The translations under genes and the position numbers were made by a program. From Acaryochloris thomasi RCC1774 (GTDB taxonomy: Bacteria; Cyanobacteriota; Cyanobacteriia; Thermosynechococcales; Thermosynechococcaceae), in the NCBI RefSeq assembly GCF_003231495.1, contig NZ_PQWO01000010.1, positions 60,001 to 92,000 of the forward strand: DNA of 32,000 bases, written 5' to 3'. This document shows positions 17,397-25,277 of the stretch, piece by piece. Numbering within the stretch: the stretch's first letter is position 1; each line of letters begins with the position of its first letter. The notes under the pieces were generated by a model, which saw nothing but the letters and a program-made list of their open reading frames with translations, was not told where the DNA came from and searched no databases.

Positions 17397-18137
17397 TTGG
17401 CCCTCCATGAATCCCATCCCTCTGCATCGTTATACAAAGGCTTAGTCCTAGTAACGCCGGGGGGAGATCTCGTCTACGCCATTGACCCCAGTAAACAGCA
17501 GCACTGGCATGCTCAACTCTGTGCAGTGCTGCAGCGGCGGCTCAACTTACCTGAAGCGCCTCTGTTTTTGACACCTTCCTATACGGCAACCGTTGATCGC
17601 TGGATTGATCCGCAATCGCAGGAAGTGCGCGTTGTCGCCGAAGCCTATCCACCGGTTTGGCGCTACCGGATTTTTTTTCAAGCCATTTTTAATGTCCCCG
17701 TTCATCAGTGGCGACCGGTCCCTGTAGCCCCAGAAGAACAGGATGGCAGAGTCATCCACAGCTACCGCGAAAAATTCCCAGAGCTGTGGGAATCTCACAA
17801 CTGGGTGATTCGAGCAAACGATCCCTCACCATCAGAGCCTGAGACACCAGCACCTGAGCTGGCAAAAGCACACGCTTCCACCTACGTTTTACACCTGTTT
17901 ATCGCGCGCCACAGCCGCAACACAATCCAGACATTAAAGGTCTTACATCAAGTCCTAGAGCAGGCACTAGCCTGTCCCTACACCCTTAAGATTATTGACG
18001 TCACACAGCATCCTGAGCAGGCAGAGGCAGCACAGGTTCTGGCAACGCCAACGCTCGTTAGAGTGTGGCCCCAGCCGATTCAGAAACTAGTGGGCGATCT
18101 TGATCAAGCAAGGATTCTGCAGATGTTAACCGTCTAG
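17397..18137 (+). CDS. KaiB-domain protein with an unrecognised ~150-aa N-terminal domain
   Basis: The C-terminal ~85 aa (YVLHLFIARHSRNTIQTLKVLHQVLEQALACPYTLKIIDVTQHPEQAEAAQVLATPTLVRVWPQPIQKLVGDLD) matches the canonical KaiB pattern (Y.L.LY.AG....S..A...L..IL......Y.LKVIDV...P.LAE...ILATPTL.K..P.P.R..IGDL). There is no ATG before residue 243. TTG 17397 has GAGGA 5 nt upstream. Confidence 0.8.
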   Translation: MALHESHPSASLYKGLVLVTPGGDLVYAIDPSKQQHWHAQLCAVLQRRLNLPEAPLFLTPSYTATVDRWIDPQSQEVRVVAEAYPPVWRYRIFFQAIFNVPVHQWRPVPVAPEEQDGRVIHSYREKFPELWESHNWVIRANDPSPSEPETPAPELAKAHASTYVLHLFIARHSRNTIQTLKVLHQVLEQALACPYTLKIIDVTQHPEQAEAAQVLATPTLVRVWPQPIQKLVGDLDQARILQMLTV

Positions 18138-18811
18138 ACAGCACTGGCAGCGAGGGCTGGCTCGGAAGAATACGTCACTCCTTTGAACAAAGCATCATGG
18201 GAATTGACGCGGCATAGATTCGTTTGCAGGAGAGTTGCTCGGCACAGATTCGCCTTATGCAGATTCACTTCTAATAGATTTGCCCAGCTCAGATTGGCCT
18301 CAATCAGATTGCTACCCGCCAAATTGGCCTGATAAAAGTTAGCCATTGAAAGATTAGCCCGCATCAGATTGGCCTGCAAAAAGTCTGAAAAGCGACCTTC
18401 TGCTCCCTTGAGACTGGCTCGAGAAAGGTTAGCACGCCGCACAATGGCTTTAGAGAAATTGGCGCGATCGCATCTGGCTTCCACCAGCTTTGCCTTATAA
18501 AGATCGGCTCCTTCTAAGCTAGCCTGTCGTAAATCAGCCTGCTCTAGATTCGCGTTCATGAGATCGGCTATGCGCAGATTGGCTCTTTTAAGCGAAGCCC
18601 GGTACAGATAGGCATTTTTAAGGTTAGCCCCTTCTAAGTTGGCAAAATCGAGCTTAACGCCGCTGAGGTTAGCAAACTCAAAGCTAGCACCGCTCAAGTC
18701 AGCCCCCGACAAATCAGGCTGCTCCATGCTGGTGGTCCGCCAATAGTTCCAGGCATCAGGACCTTGCTGAAGACGCTCAAGATGTTCTAAATTTGCCATG
18801 CAAAATTTCAA
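18134..18811 (-). CDS. pentapeptide-repeat protein
   Basis: 225 aa, almost entirely A(D/N)LxX pentads (ADLSGADLSGASFEFANLSGVKLDFANLEGANLKNA...). It overlaps the KaiB-domain gene convergently by 4 nt. Confidence 0.9.
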   Translation of the reverse strand: MKFCMANLEHLERLQQGPDAWNYWRTTSMEQPDLSGADLSGASFEFANLSGVKLDFANLEGANLKNAYLYRASLKRANLRIADLMNANLEQADLRQASLEGADLYKAKLVEARCDRANFSKAIVRRANLSRASLKGAEGRFSDFLQANLMRANLSMANFYQANLAGSNLIEANLSWANLLEVNLHKANLCRATLLQTNLCRVNSHDALFKGVTYSSEPALAASAV

Positions 18812-18853
18812 CGGAGGAATACCGCTGCCCTCTATAAAAGTCGATTTTGACGC

Positions 18854-19126
18854 CTAAGGCTGACGCTGCCTGCGAATGCTGAAGCTGGTCTGGAGTAAGC
18901 CTTCTTGGAGTGGCTCTCCAATTTCACGCTCCATTTTGATCACTTTTTGAGCTAGGTACTCAATCGTGCGTCGCTTGACCCAGCCGCGCTCGACAATAAT
19001 ATCTCCGAACCGCATGCCGGTCGCTTTCTGATCGTTGAGGGCGACCTCAACCTGGGAATCTGTGAGTAGTCCCGCATCGATTAAATAACCTCCTAAGCGC
19101 TTAGACAGGGGATCGTACGGCAACAT
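18854..19126 (-). CDS. stand-alone T2SSE_N/MshEN-like domain protein (putative c-di-GMP receptor)
   Basis: 90 aa. Residues 10-33, RLGGYLIDAGLLTDSQVEVALNDQ, fit the 24-residue MshEN motif RLGxx(L/V/I)(L/V/I)xxG(L/V/I)(L/V/I)xxxxLxxxLxxQ, with V at one L position. A second, degenerate copy is RFGDIIVERGWVKRRTIEYLAQ. Confidence 0.7.
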   Translation of the reverse strand: MLPYDPLSKRLGGYLIDAGLLTDSQVEVALNDQKATGMRFGDIIVERGWVKRRTIEYLAQKVIKMEREIGEPLQEGLLQTSFSIRRQRQP

Positions 19127-19163
19127 AGGCTACAGATTTAAGTTGTGAACTGGACTTGAGGGC

Positions 19164-19188
19164 AAAAGACTCTCCCTAAGGGACAGTC
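19164..19188 (-). terminator. intrinsic terminator candidate downstream of yebC
   Basis: The minus strand reads GACTGTCCC-TTA-GGGAGAGTC followed by TTTTG. The stem is 9 bp with one mismatch, about 120 nt after the yebC stop. Confidence 0.4.
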
Positions 19189-19307
19189 TACCCCCGATCA
19201 TAAGGCCTCATCTTAGGAATGCCCAATTTGAAGATCGGATCGATCAAACCTTGCCATTTAAAGTGGCGAGAGGGGTCAACTCAGCTATCTCTAAGCCCGA
19301 TCACGAG

Positions 19308-20078
19308 TTACTCCAAGTCGAGTTCAGCCAGCAAGCTATCTTGAAGCTCAAAGTTGGCGGTCACGGTTTGGACATCATCGAGATCTTCCAGAACGTCCAT
19401 CAGCTTGAGAATCATCTGTGCCGGCTCTAGACCTACAACGTCAACGGTATTGTTGGCCAGCCAGCGCGTCTCTGATTCTTTAACGGTATAACCCTGCACC
19501 TGGAGTGGCTCGGCAATTTGCTCTAGGTCATTGGGATGCGTACAAACCTCGACAAGGATCCCGTCATCATCTTCCAGAATCTCGTAGGATTCAGCCCCTA
19601 GCTCCAGTAGCGTTTCGAGAAAGTCCTCTTCGTCAGTGAGGGGACCGGCAAGGGTAATGATGCCCTTGGATTCAAACATCCAGCCGACGCAGCCTTTCTC
19701 GCCCAGGTTGCCACCGTGTTTGCTAAACGCTGACCGGAGATCGGCGGCGGTACGGTTGCGGTTGTCGGTGAGCGCTTCAATCAATACAGCTACACCGCTG
19801 GGGCCATAGCCCTCGTATTGGATATCTTCCCAGTTTTCGTCGGCACCAAGCTGGCCGGAACCCTTTGCGATCGCACGTTCAATATTTTCGTTGGGGATCC
19901 CAGCGGCTTTGGCTTTCTCAATCGCCCAGCGCAGTTGAAAATTTGCGGCTGGATCGGGAAGTCCATTGCGAGCGGCGACAATCATCGCCCGCGACAGTCG
20001 GGCAAAGACCTTGCCTTTTTTAGCATCGACCCTCGCCTTTTGACGCTTGATATTGGCCCATTTGCTATGTCCTGCCAT
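19308..20078 (-). CDS. yebC: YebC/PmpR family DNA-binding regulator
   Basis: 256 aa with the N-terminus MAGHSKWANIKRQKA and a family-typical length. Confidence 0.92.
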   Translation of the reverse strand: MAGHSKWANIKRQKARVDAKKGKVFARLSRAMIVAARNGLPDPAANFQLRWAIEKAKAAGIPNENIERAIAKGSGQLGADENWEDIQYEGYGPSGVAVLIEALTDNRNRTAADLRSAFSKHGGNLGEKGCVGWMFESKGIITLAGPLTDEEDFLETLLELGAESYEILEDDDGILVEVCTHPNDLEQIAEPLQVQGYTVKESETRWLANNTVDVVGLEPAQMILKLMDVLEDLDDVQTVTANFELQDSLLAELDLE

Positions 20079-20092
20079 CGGTTTAAAAACGC

Positions 20093-21307
20093 CTAGGTGG
20101 TGTACTCTGCATTAATCTTGACGTAGTCGTAGCTTAGATCACAGCCCCAAGCGGTACCAGATCCCTCTCCATCCCCCACCTGAACGGCAATAATCACCGG
20201 ATCTTGTTTGAGATAATCGCTAGCGGCGGCGGCGTCAAAGTCTTGGGGTGTCCCCTGCTGGAGCAAGACAAAATCCCCCAGTCGGATATCGAGTCGGTCA
20301 GCATCAAAGCGAACGCCCGCTCGACCTGCCGCCATCGCAATTCGTCCCCAGTTCGGGTCGCGGCCAAACACAGCGGACTTGACCAACATGGATCCAGCAA
20401 TGGTGCGGGCAATTTGGCGAGCGCCCGGATCATCTGCAGCCCCGCTCACCTGGACTTCAATTAAACAGGTCGCCCCTTCGCCATCCCGCGCCATTTTTTG
20501 AGCCAAACGCTGGCAAACTTCTGTCAGCATCGCTTCTAATTGTCTAGCCTCTGGCCCCGCCTCTGTGATCGCAGGGGTGCGAGATTGGCCGTTGGCGAGG
20601 GCCAACAACATATCGTTGGTGCTAGTGTCGCCGTCAACGGTGACTTGGTTAAAGCTGCGGTCGGCGGCGCGGCGCACCATTTGCTGCCAGAGCGTCGGCG
20701 AAACAGCGGCATCACAGGTGACAAAGGCCAGCATCGTTGCCATATCGGGGTGAATCATGCCCGACCCTTTAGCAATGCCGCCCACGCGGACGACCCGATC
20801 GCCCATGTCCATTTCTAAGGCGACCGATTTCTCCACGAGGTCGGTGGTCATGATCGCCTGATTCGCGGCTTCAGAGCCGGTCTCTGATAGCTCCGCCACT
20901 AGCTGCGGCAGGGCAGCCTCGACCTTTTCCAAAGCAATCAATTTGCCAATGACGCCCGTGGAGGAAATTAAGACGGATTCAGGGGAGATGTTGAGCGCTT
21001 GGGCAACCCACTGGGCTTTCTGAACGACGGCAGCGGCCCCAGCGGCACCCGTGGCGGCATTGGCCTGCCCCGCATTGCAGAGAATGGCCCGCACGGTGTC
21101 TTGGTTGCTGAGATTGTCGCGGCAGAAGTCAACGCAGGCTGCTCTAACCTGACTCGTAGTGAAGACGCCCGTTGCGATCGCATCTACATCTGAGACAATC
21201 AGCGCCAAGTCCGGGAGGTGGGAGGGCTTTAAACCTGCCGCCACCCCAGCCGCTCGATAGCCCTGTGGCGCTGTAACCCCACCCAAAACTTCACGCCAGT
21301 TTGTCAT
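20093..21307 (-). CDS. argJ: bifunctional ornithine acetyltransferase / N-acetylglutamate synthase
   Basis: 404 aa. KGSGMIHPDMATMLAFVTCDA contains the ATML autoprocessing site. The C-terminus ends in the typical ..LSYDYVKINAEYTT. Confidence 0.95.
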   Translation of the reverse strand: MTNWREVLGGVTAPQGYRAAGVAAGLKPSHLPDLALIVSDVDAIATGVFTTSQVRAACVDFCRDNLSNQDTVRAILCNAGQANAATGAAGAAAVVQKAQWVAQALNISPESVLISSTGVIGKLIALEKVEAALPQLVAELSETGSEAANQAIMTTDLVEKSVALEMDMGDRVVRVGGIAKGSGMIHPDMATMLAFVTCDAAVSPTLWQQMVRRAADRSFNQVTVDGDTSTNDMLLALANGQSRTPAITEAGPEARQLEAMLTEVCQRLAQKMARDGEGATCLIEVQVSGAADDPGARQIARTIAGSMLVKSAVFGRDPNWGRIAMAAGRAGVRFDADRLDIRLGDFVLLQQGTPQDFDAAAASDYLKQDPVIIAVQVGDGEGSGTAWGCDLSYDYVKINAEYTT

Positions 21308-21643
21308 ACTCTCTCCTTATCGCGGATCCTGACCCGTCATCAATTTTATAGCAGGACTCGGCTGAGTGAGGACAGCCCTGCAACAGCCATCCATAGTTTT
21401 CAGCTCTTTAGATGCCTCCATCGATTTGTGCCCCGCAATAGTGTTCGTTTGGGAAGGACTTCAGCGATTGAAAACTCAGGTCTAGTCAATTTCTTCCAAA
21501 GCGATTTGTCATCAATTCTTTAGGGAACCTTTGGCAATAGGTTGCTAGATTAAAAGATGGACTTTACCCGTTCTGACAGTCCGTTCATTAAGAGCTTTAT
21601 GGGGTAATCCCGTTCGCTGCTCCGCTTTCCTAGTCGCTAACTC

Positions 21644-22921
21644 ATGCCTCCACGTTCCGACTATTATCGTGTGCTTCGCGTATCTAAGCAGGCGACCCAG
21701 TCTGAGATCAAAGCTGCATTTCGGCGGTTAGCACGCCAGTACCATCCCGATCTCAATCCCGACAACCCGACTGCGGCCTCGGAGTTTCAGCGCATTAGTG
21801 AAGCTTACCGGGCTTTACTCGGCACCCCAGAACTAAATGATGAGCCTTCGGTTAGCCAAGAGACATCTCCAGCCCATCGTAAGCACTACATTCATGGCGT
21901 TCAGTGCAATGCCCAAGGCAACTATCAGCAGGCCGTTGACGCCTTCACCCAGGCCATCACATTGAACAGTCAGTACCTAGAGGCGTATTTGGGCCGCTGT
22001 CAGGCCCGGTATGTCCTCGGCGACGACCGGGGCGCAATCGAAGATGCGTACCAGGTTTTGACGCTGAATCCAAATGTGAGTCAGGCTCATTACTATCAAG
22101 GACGAGCTCGGGCCAGATTAGGATACACAGAGTCCTCGCTAGCGGCCTACACGCGCGCCATTCAAATTGATTCGAGCTATGCTTCAGCCTACTATTACCG
22201 AGGCATTGCCCACGAGAGTCTTCAGGATCGACCGGCGGCCAAACAGGATTGGCGCACCGCCAGTCGTCTCTTCCAGGCACAGGGCGATGTAAGCGGCGTG
22301 CAGAAAGCGCAAAGTAAGCTGAGGGGCTGGCCCTTACCGGCATTCCCCACCGTCAACATTAAGGCCCTCCAATTCACGCGGTGGACGGTTGCTCGAGCCT
22401 GTAAGCTGCTGCCCAATGTCCTCTTCAATCCTGGCGGCGAACTCCTGCCATCCTTTGCTCGCTGCTCCTCGGTTCAGGCCGCAGCCATAGGGTTTATCTG
22501 GGCAGCATTGGCCACCTTGACGATCTTAGCGAGCCTACTGCTGTATGAGAGTCCCCCATCTTCGATAGATGTTGTGCTGTTGAGCGGGACGGCGTTCTTG
22601 AGCCTAGTCGCAGCCAGCGCGATTGCACGTCTGCTGAATCGGTCTCGAGGCAACTGGGCCGGTGACGTTTTTGTGGCAGGTGCAGCCCTGCTACCGCTCT
22701 CTCTCTTCGCCGTTTTGGGGGGCTTAGCGCAGTCCAGCCTGGGCTTCACTGCGACTGCAGGGGTCTTATCCGGCAGCTATGTCCTTTTGACGCTGTATGT
22801 CGGCTGCACGCAGATTCATAACTTTTGGGAGCGTAGTGCAGCCTTCGCCGCACCGCTGATGGCCATCACCAGCGGCGGAATCACGGTCTGGGTTGCGACC
22901 GAATTCTTAGGGTGGGCATAA
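21644..22921 (+). CDS. J-domain protein with TPR repeats and a C-terminal multi-TM region
   Basis: The J domain DYYRVLRVSKQATQSEIKAAFRRLARQYHPDLNPDN carries the HPD motif. Several TPR-like units follow (YQQAVDAFTQAITLNSQYLEAYLGR..). The last ~170 aa are hydrophobic. Confidence 0.85.
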   Translation: MPPRSDYYRVLRVSKQATQSEIKAAFRRLARQYHPDLNPDNPTAASEFQRISEAYRALLGTPELNDEPSVSQETSPAHRKHYIHGVQCNAQGNYQQAVDAFTQAITLNSQYLEAYLGRCQARYVLGDDRGAIEDAYQVLTLNPNVSQAHYYQGRARARLGYTESSLAAYTRAIQIDSSYASAYYYRGIAHESLQDRPAAKQDWRTASRLFQAQGDVSGVQKAQSKLRGWPLPAFPTVNIKALQFTRWTVARACKLLPNVLFNPGGELLPSFARCSSVQAAAIGFIWAALATLTILASLLLYESPPSSIDVVLLSGTAFLSLVAASAIARLLNRSRGNWAGDVFVAGAALLPLSLFAVLGGLAQSSLGFTATAGVLSGSYVLLTLYVGCTQIHNFWERSAAFAAPLMAITSGGITVWVATEFLGWA

Positions 22922-24559
22922 TTGGAGATGGAGAAGCTAATGGCTCTATCTTCAGATAGCTGGCGCGGACTTGCGATCGCAACCTTTATTCTCTTGGGCT
23001 GGATTATTTCTGTCTGCCTCCATGAGTTCGGCCATGCCGTTGTGGCTTACTGGGGTGGCGATCAAACCGTTAAGGATAAGGGATATTTAACCCTTAATCC
23101 CCTCAAGTACAGCGATTTTTCCTATAGCCTGATCTACCCGCTGTTTTTCTTGATGCTGGGTGGGATAGCATTACCGGGCGCTGCCGTTTATATCAATACC
23201 TGGCTGCTCCGCAGCCGTCTGTGGCAAAGTGCCGTATCTGCAGCCGGACCGCTGGCAACGGCCTTAGTGGCGGTGCTGTTATCTCATCCCTTTCGTCTGG
23301 GGCTGTCATCTGAAAACTGGTTTTGGACCGCTTTAGCCTGTCTCACCTCGTTACAGGTGGTGGCGCTTTGTTTTAATCTATTGCCAGTCCCCTCTTTAGA
23401 TGGCTTCGGTATTCTAGAGCCTTGGCTACCCCGCTCATGGCAGCCGTCATTACGTCAGTGGCGACGCTATGGCTTCCTGGCACTGATTGTAATTTTGTGG
23501 ACTGTTCCGGTCGCGCAGCAGGTTTTCTGGGGTTTTGTGGGTACTATCAGTCGAGAGCTAGGTGTTCCACCGGACCTGATGGCCACGGGTTATTCACTGT
23601 TTCATCAATCTAGCCGCCTCCTATTTGTCGTTGTTCTGGTCATTGTCTTGATATTTCGTAAACTGTTGTCGCGTCCTCAATCGACAGACGCCTCGGACAC
23701 CCAATCGCTAGAAGCGAAGCTAGCGGCCTATGACCAGGCCATTGCCTCAAAAAAGCCAACAACAGCAGATTTATGGTTTGGCAAAGGCTGCATTTTGGGG
23801 GAACTGAAGCGCTACCAAGAGGCCGTCGAAAGCTATGACCGCGCCCTAGAGCTGCAGCCCAAAAACCCAGAGAGCTGCTGGCTCAACCGCGCCATCGCTC
23901 TCTATGAAATTGGACGAGATGAAGAGGCCGTCGAAAGCTATGAGCAGGCCCTAAAGCTGAAGACACCTTCGCCAGATGACTGGTATTTTTATGGCCTGAT
24001 GCTTTCAGGACTCGATCGCTACGAGGACGCCATTAACAGCTATAAAAGGGCGCTAGAAACGAAACCAGAGGATGCAGAAATCTGGTACCAGCAGGGACAG
24101 GCGCTCTACTGGCTCGGACAGCAAGATGATGCGATCGCAAGTTATGACAAGGCCGTTTACCTGCAGCCCGAGTTTGCCCAAGCCTGGTTTCGGCGAGGAC
24201 TCGTGTTTAACCAGCTTCAGCAGTTCCCCAGGGCGCTCAAGAGCTTTGAGCAGGCGCTAAAAATTCAGGCCGATAGTCCCGCCGTGCTCGCCGCAAAGGG
24301 CTTCACCCTGATGCAGCTCGATCAGTATGAAGACGCCATCACCGCCCATGAGCAATCGGTAGAGATAGATCCCAACGACGCCCACGCTTGGTACAACAAA
24401 GCCTGCTGCCATGCCCATCAGGGCCAGGTGTCTCCAGCCATTGAGAGTCTGAAGCAGGCCGTACAGCTCAACCCTGAACCCACCCGCGAAATTGCCATTG
24501 ACGACCCTGACTTTGAAGAACTGCACCAAGAGCCAGCTTTCCGCAAGCTAATTTACTGA
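22922..24559 (+). CDS. site-2-protease-like M50 metalloprotease fused to C-terminal TPR repeats
   Basis: HEFGHAV (HExxH) lies in the first TM region and NLLPVPSLDG matches the S2P NxxPxxxLDG motif. The C-terminal ~280 aa consist of 7-8 TPR units. It starts directly after the upstream stop (TTG 22922, or ATG 22928/22940). Confidence 0.85.
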   Translation: MEMEKLMALSSDSWRGLAIATFILLGWIISVCLHEFGHAVVAYWGGDQTVKDKGYLTLNPLKYSDFSYSLIYPLFFLMLGGIALPGAAVYINTWLLRSRLWQSAVSAAGPLATALVAVLLSHPFRLGLSSENWFWTALACLTSLQVVALCFNLLPVPSLDGFGILEPWLPRSWQPSLRQWRRYGFLALIVILWTVPVAQQVFWGFVGTISRELGVPPDLMATGYSLFHQSSRLLFVVVLVIVLIFRKLLSRPQSTDASDTQSLEAKLAAYDQAIASKKPTTADLWFGKGCILGELKRYQEAVESYDRALELQPKNPESCWLNRAIALYEIGRDEEAVESYEQALKLKTPSPDDWYFYGLMLSGLDRYEDAINSYKRALETKPEDAEIWYQQGQALYWLGQQDDAIASYDKAVYLQPEFAQAWFRRGLVFNQLQQFPRALKSFEQALKIQADSPAVLAAKGFTLMQLDQYEDAITAHEQSVEIDPNDAHAWYNKACCHAHQGQVSPAIESLKQAVQLNPEPTREIAIDDPDFEELHQEPAFRKLIY

Positions 24560-24634
24560 AGCAGATCCCCTACAACAGAGAGCCTACTCCCCCAGCACAA
24601 TCGGACAGGGGCTTGGTCACAGCGAGACGTGACG

Positions 24635-25189
24635 CTAATGACTGGATTGATGAGCCTCAAGAAGTGCGATCACATCTGCACACCAGTCTAAAATTCCCTT
24701 TTCATAGATAAGACCTTGCTGCAGCGTCAGGTACTGACACTTCGCGGCCCAGGGGAGCTGCTCCAGAGGCGCGAAAAACTCCTGTTCAATCTCCTGGTAA
24801 ACCTGAAGCTGCTGCTGGTGCTCGCCCTGATATCGCCGCAGTTCCGTGATCAGAACTTGGGGCTTCACCAAATGCCCTGCAAATAGCTTGACCAAGATCT
24901 CCTCCTTCGTACGGCTGATTTTGCTAGGCCGACCGATCCAATTCACCATTTCTTGCCGACCCAGCTTTGTCAGCGCGAACAGCTTCTTGTTGGGACGCCC
25001 CTCCTGAGCGATCAGCTTTGCCTCAATCCAGTCCTGCCTCTCTAACTTGGCTAGCTCTCGATAAATTTGCTGATGACTCGCCGACCAAAAATAGCCCACA
25101 GACCCATCGAATTTCTTGGCTAAGTCATAGCCGCTGCAGGCGGTATCCGCCAATATTGACAAGATTGCGTAAGCAAGGCTCATATTCAC
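24635..25189 (-). CDS. PadR family transcriptional regulator
   Basis: 184 aa. The winged-HTH region LAYAILSILADTACSGYDLAKKF...SHQQIYRELAKLERQDWIE is typical of PadR. Start is GTG 25189 or ATG 25183. Confidence 0.9.
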   Translation of the reverse strand: MNMSLAYAILSILADTACSGYDLAKKFDGSVGYFWSASHQQIYRELAKLERQDWIEAKLIAQEGRPNKKLFALTKLGRQEMVNWIGRPSKISRTKEEILVKLFAGHLVKPQVLITELRRYQGEHQQQLQVYQEIEQEFFAPLEQLPWAAKCQYLTLQQGLIYEKGILDWCADVIALLEAHQSSH

Positions 25190-25192
25190 TTA

Positions 25193-25247
25193 TTGACATA
25201 TTAAAAAAATTGCATATACTGTTTTTTATGCAATTAAATGCATATTA
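25193..25247 (+). promoter_or_regulatory. near-consensus sigma70-type promoter overlapped by a candidate PadR operator
   Basis: TTGACA (25193-98), a 16-nt spacer, then TATACT (25215-20), facing the oxygenase gene. A perfect 9-bp inverted repeat AATTGCATA (25208-16) / TATGCAATT (25227-35) overlaps the -10 element. A third TGCATA half-site lies at 25239-44. Confidence 0.5.
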
Positions 25248-25277
25248 ATCGTTTTGGATCATCTAGAGGTAGCTACT

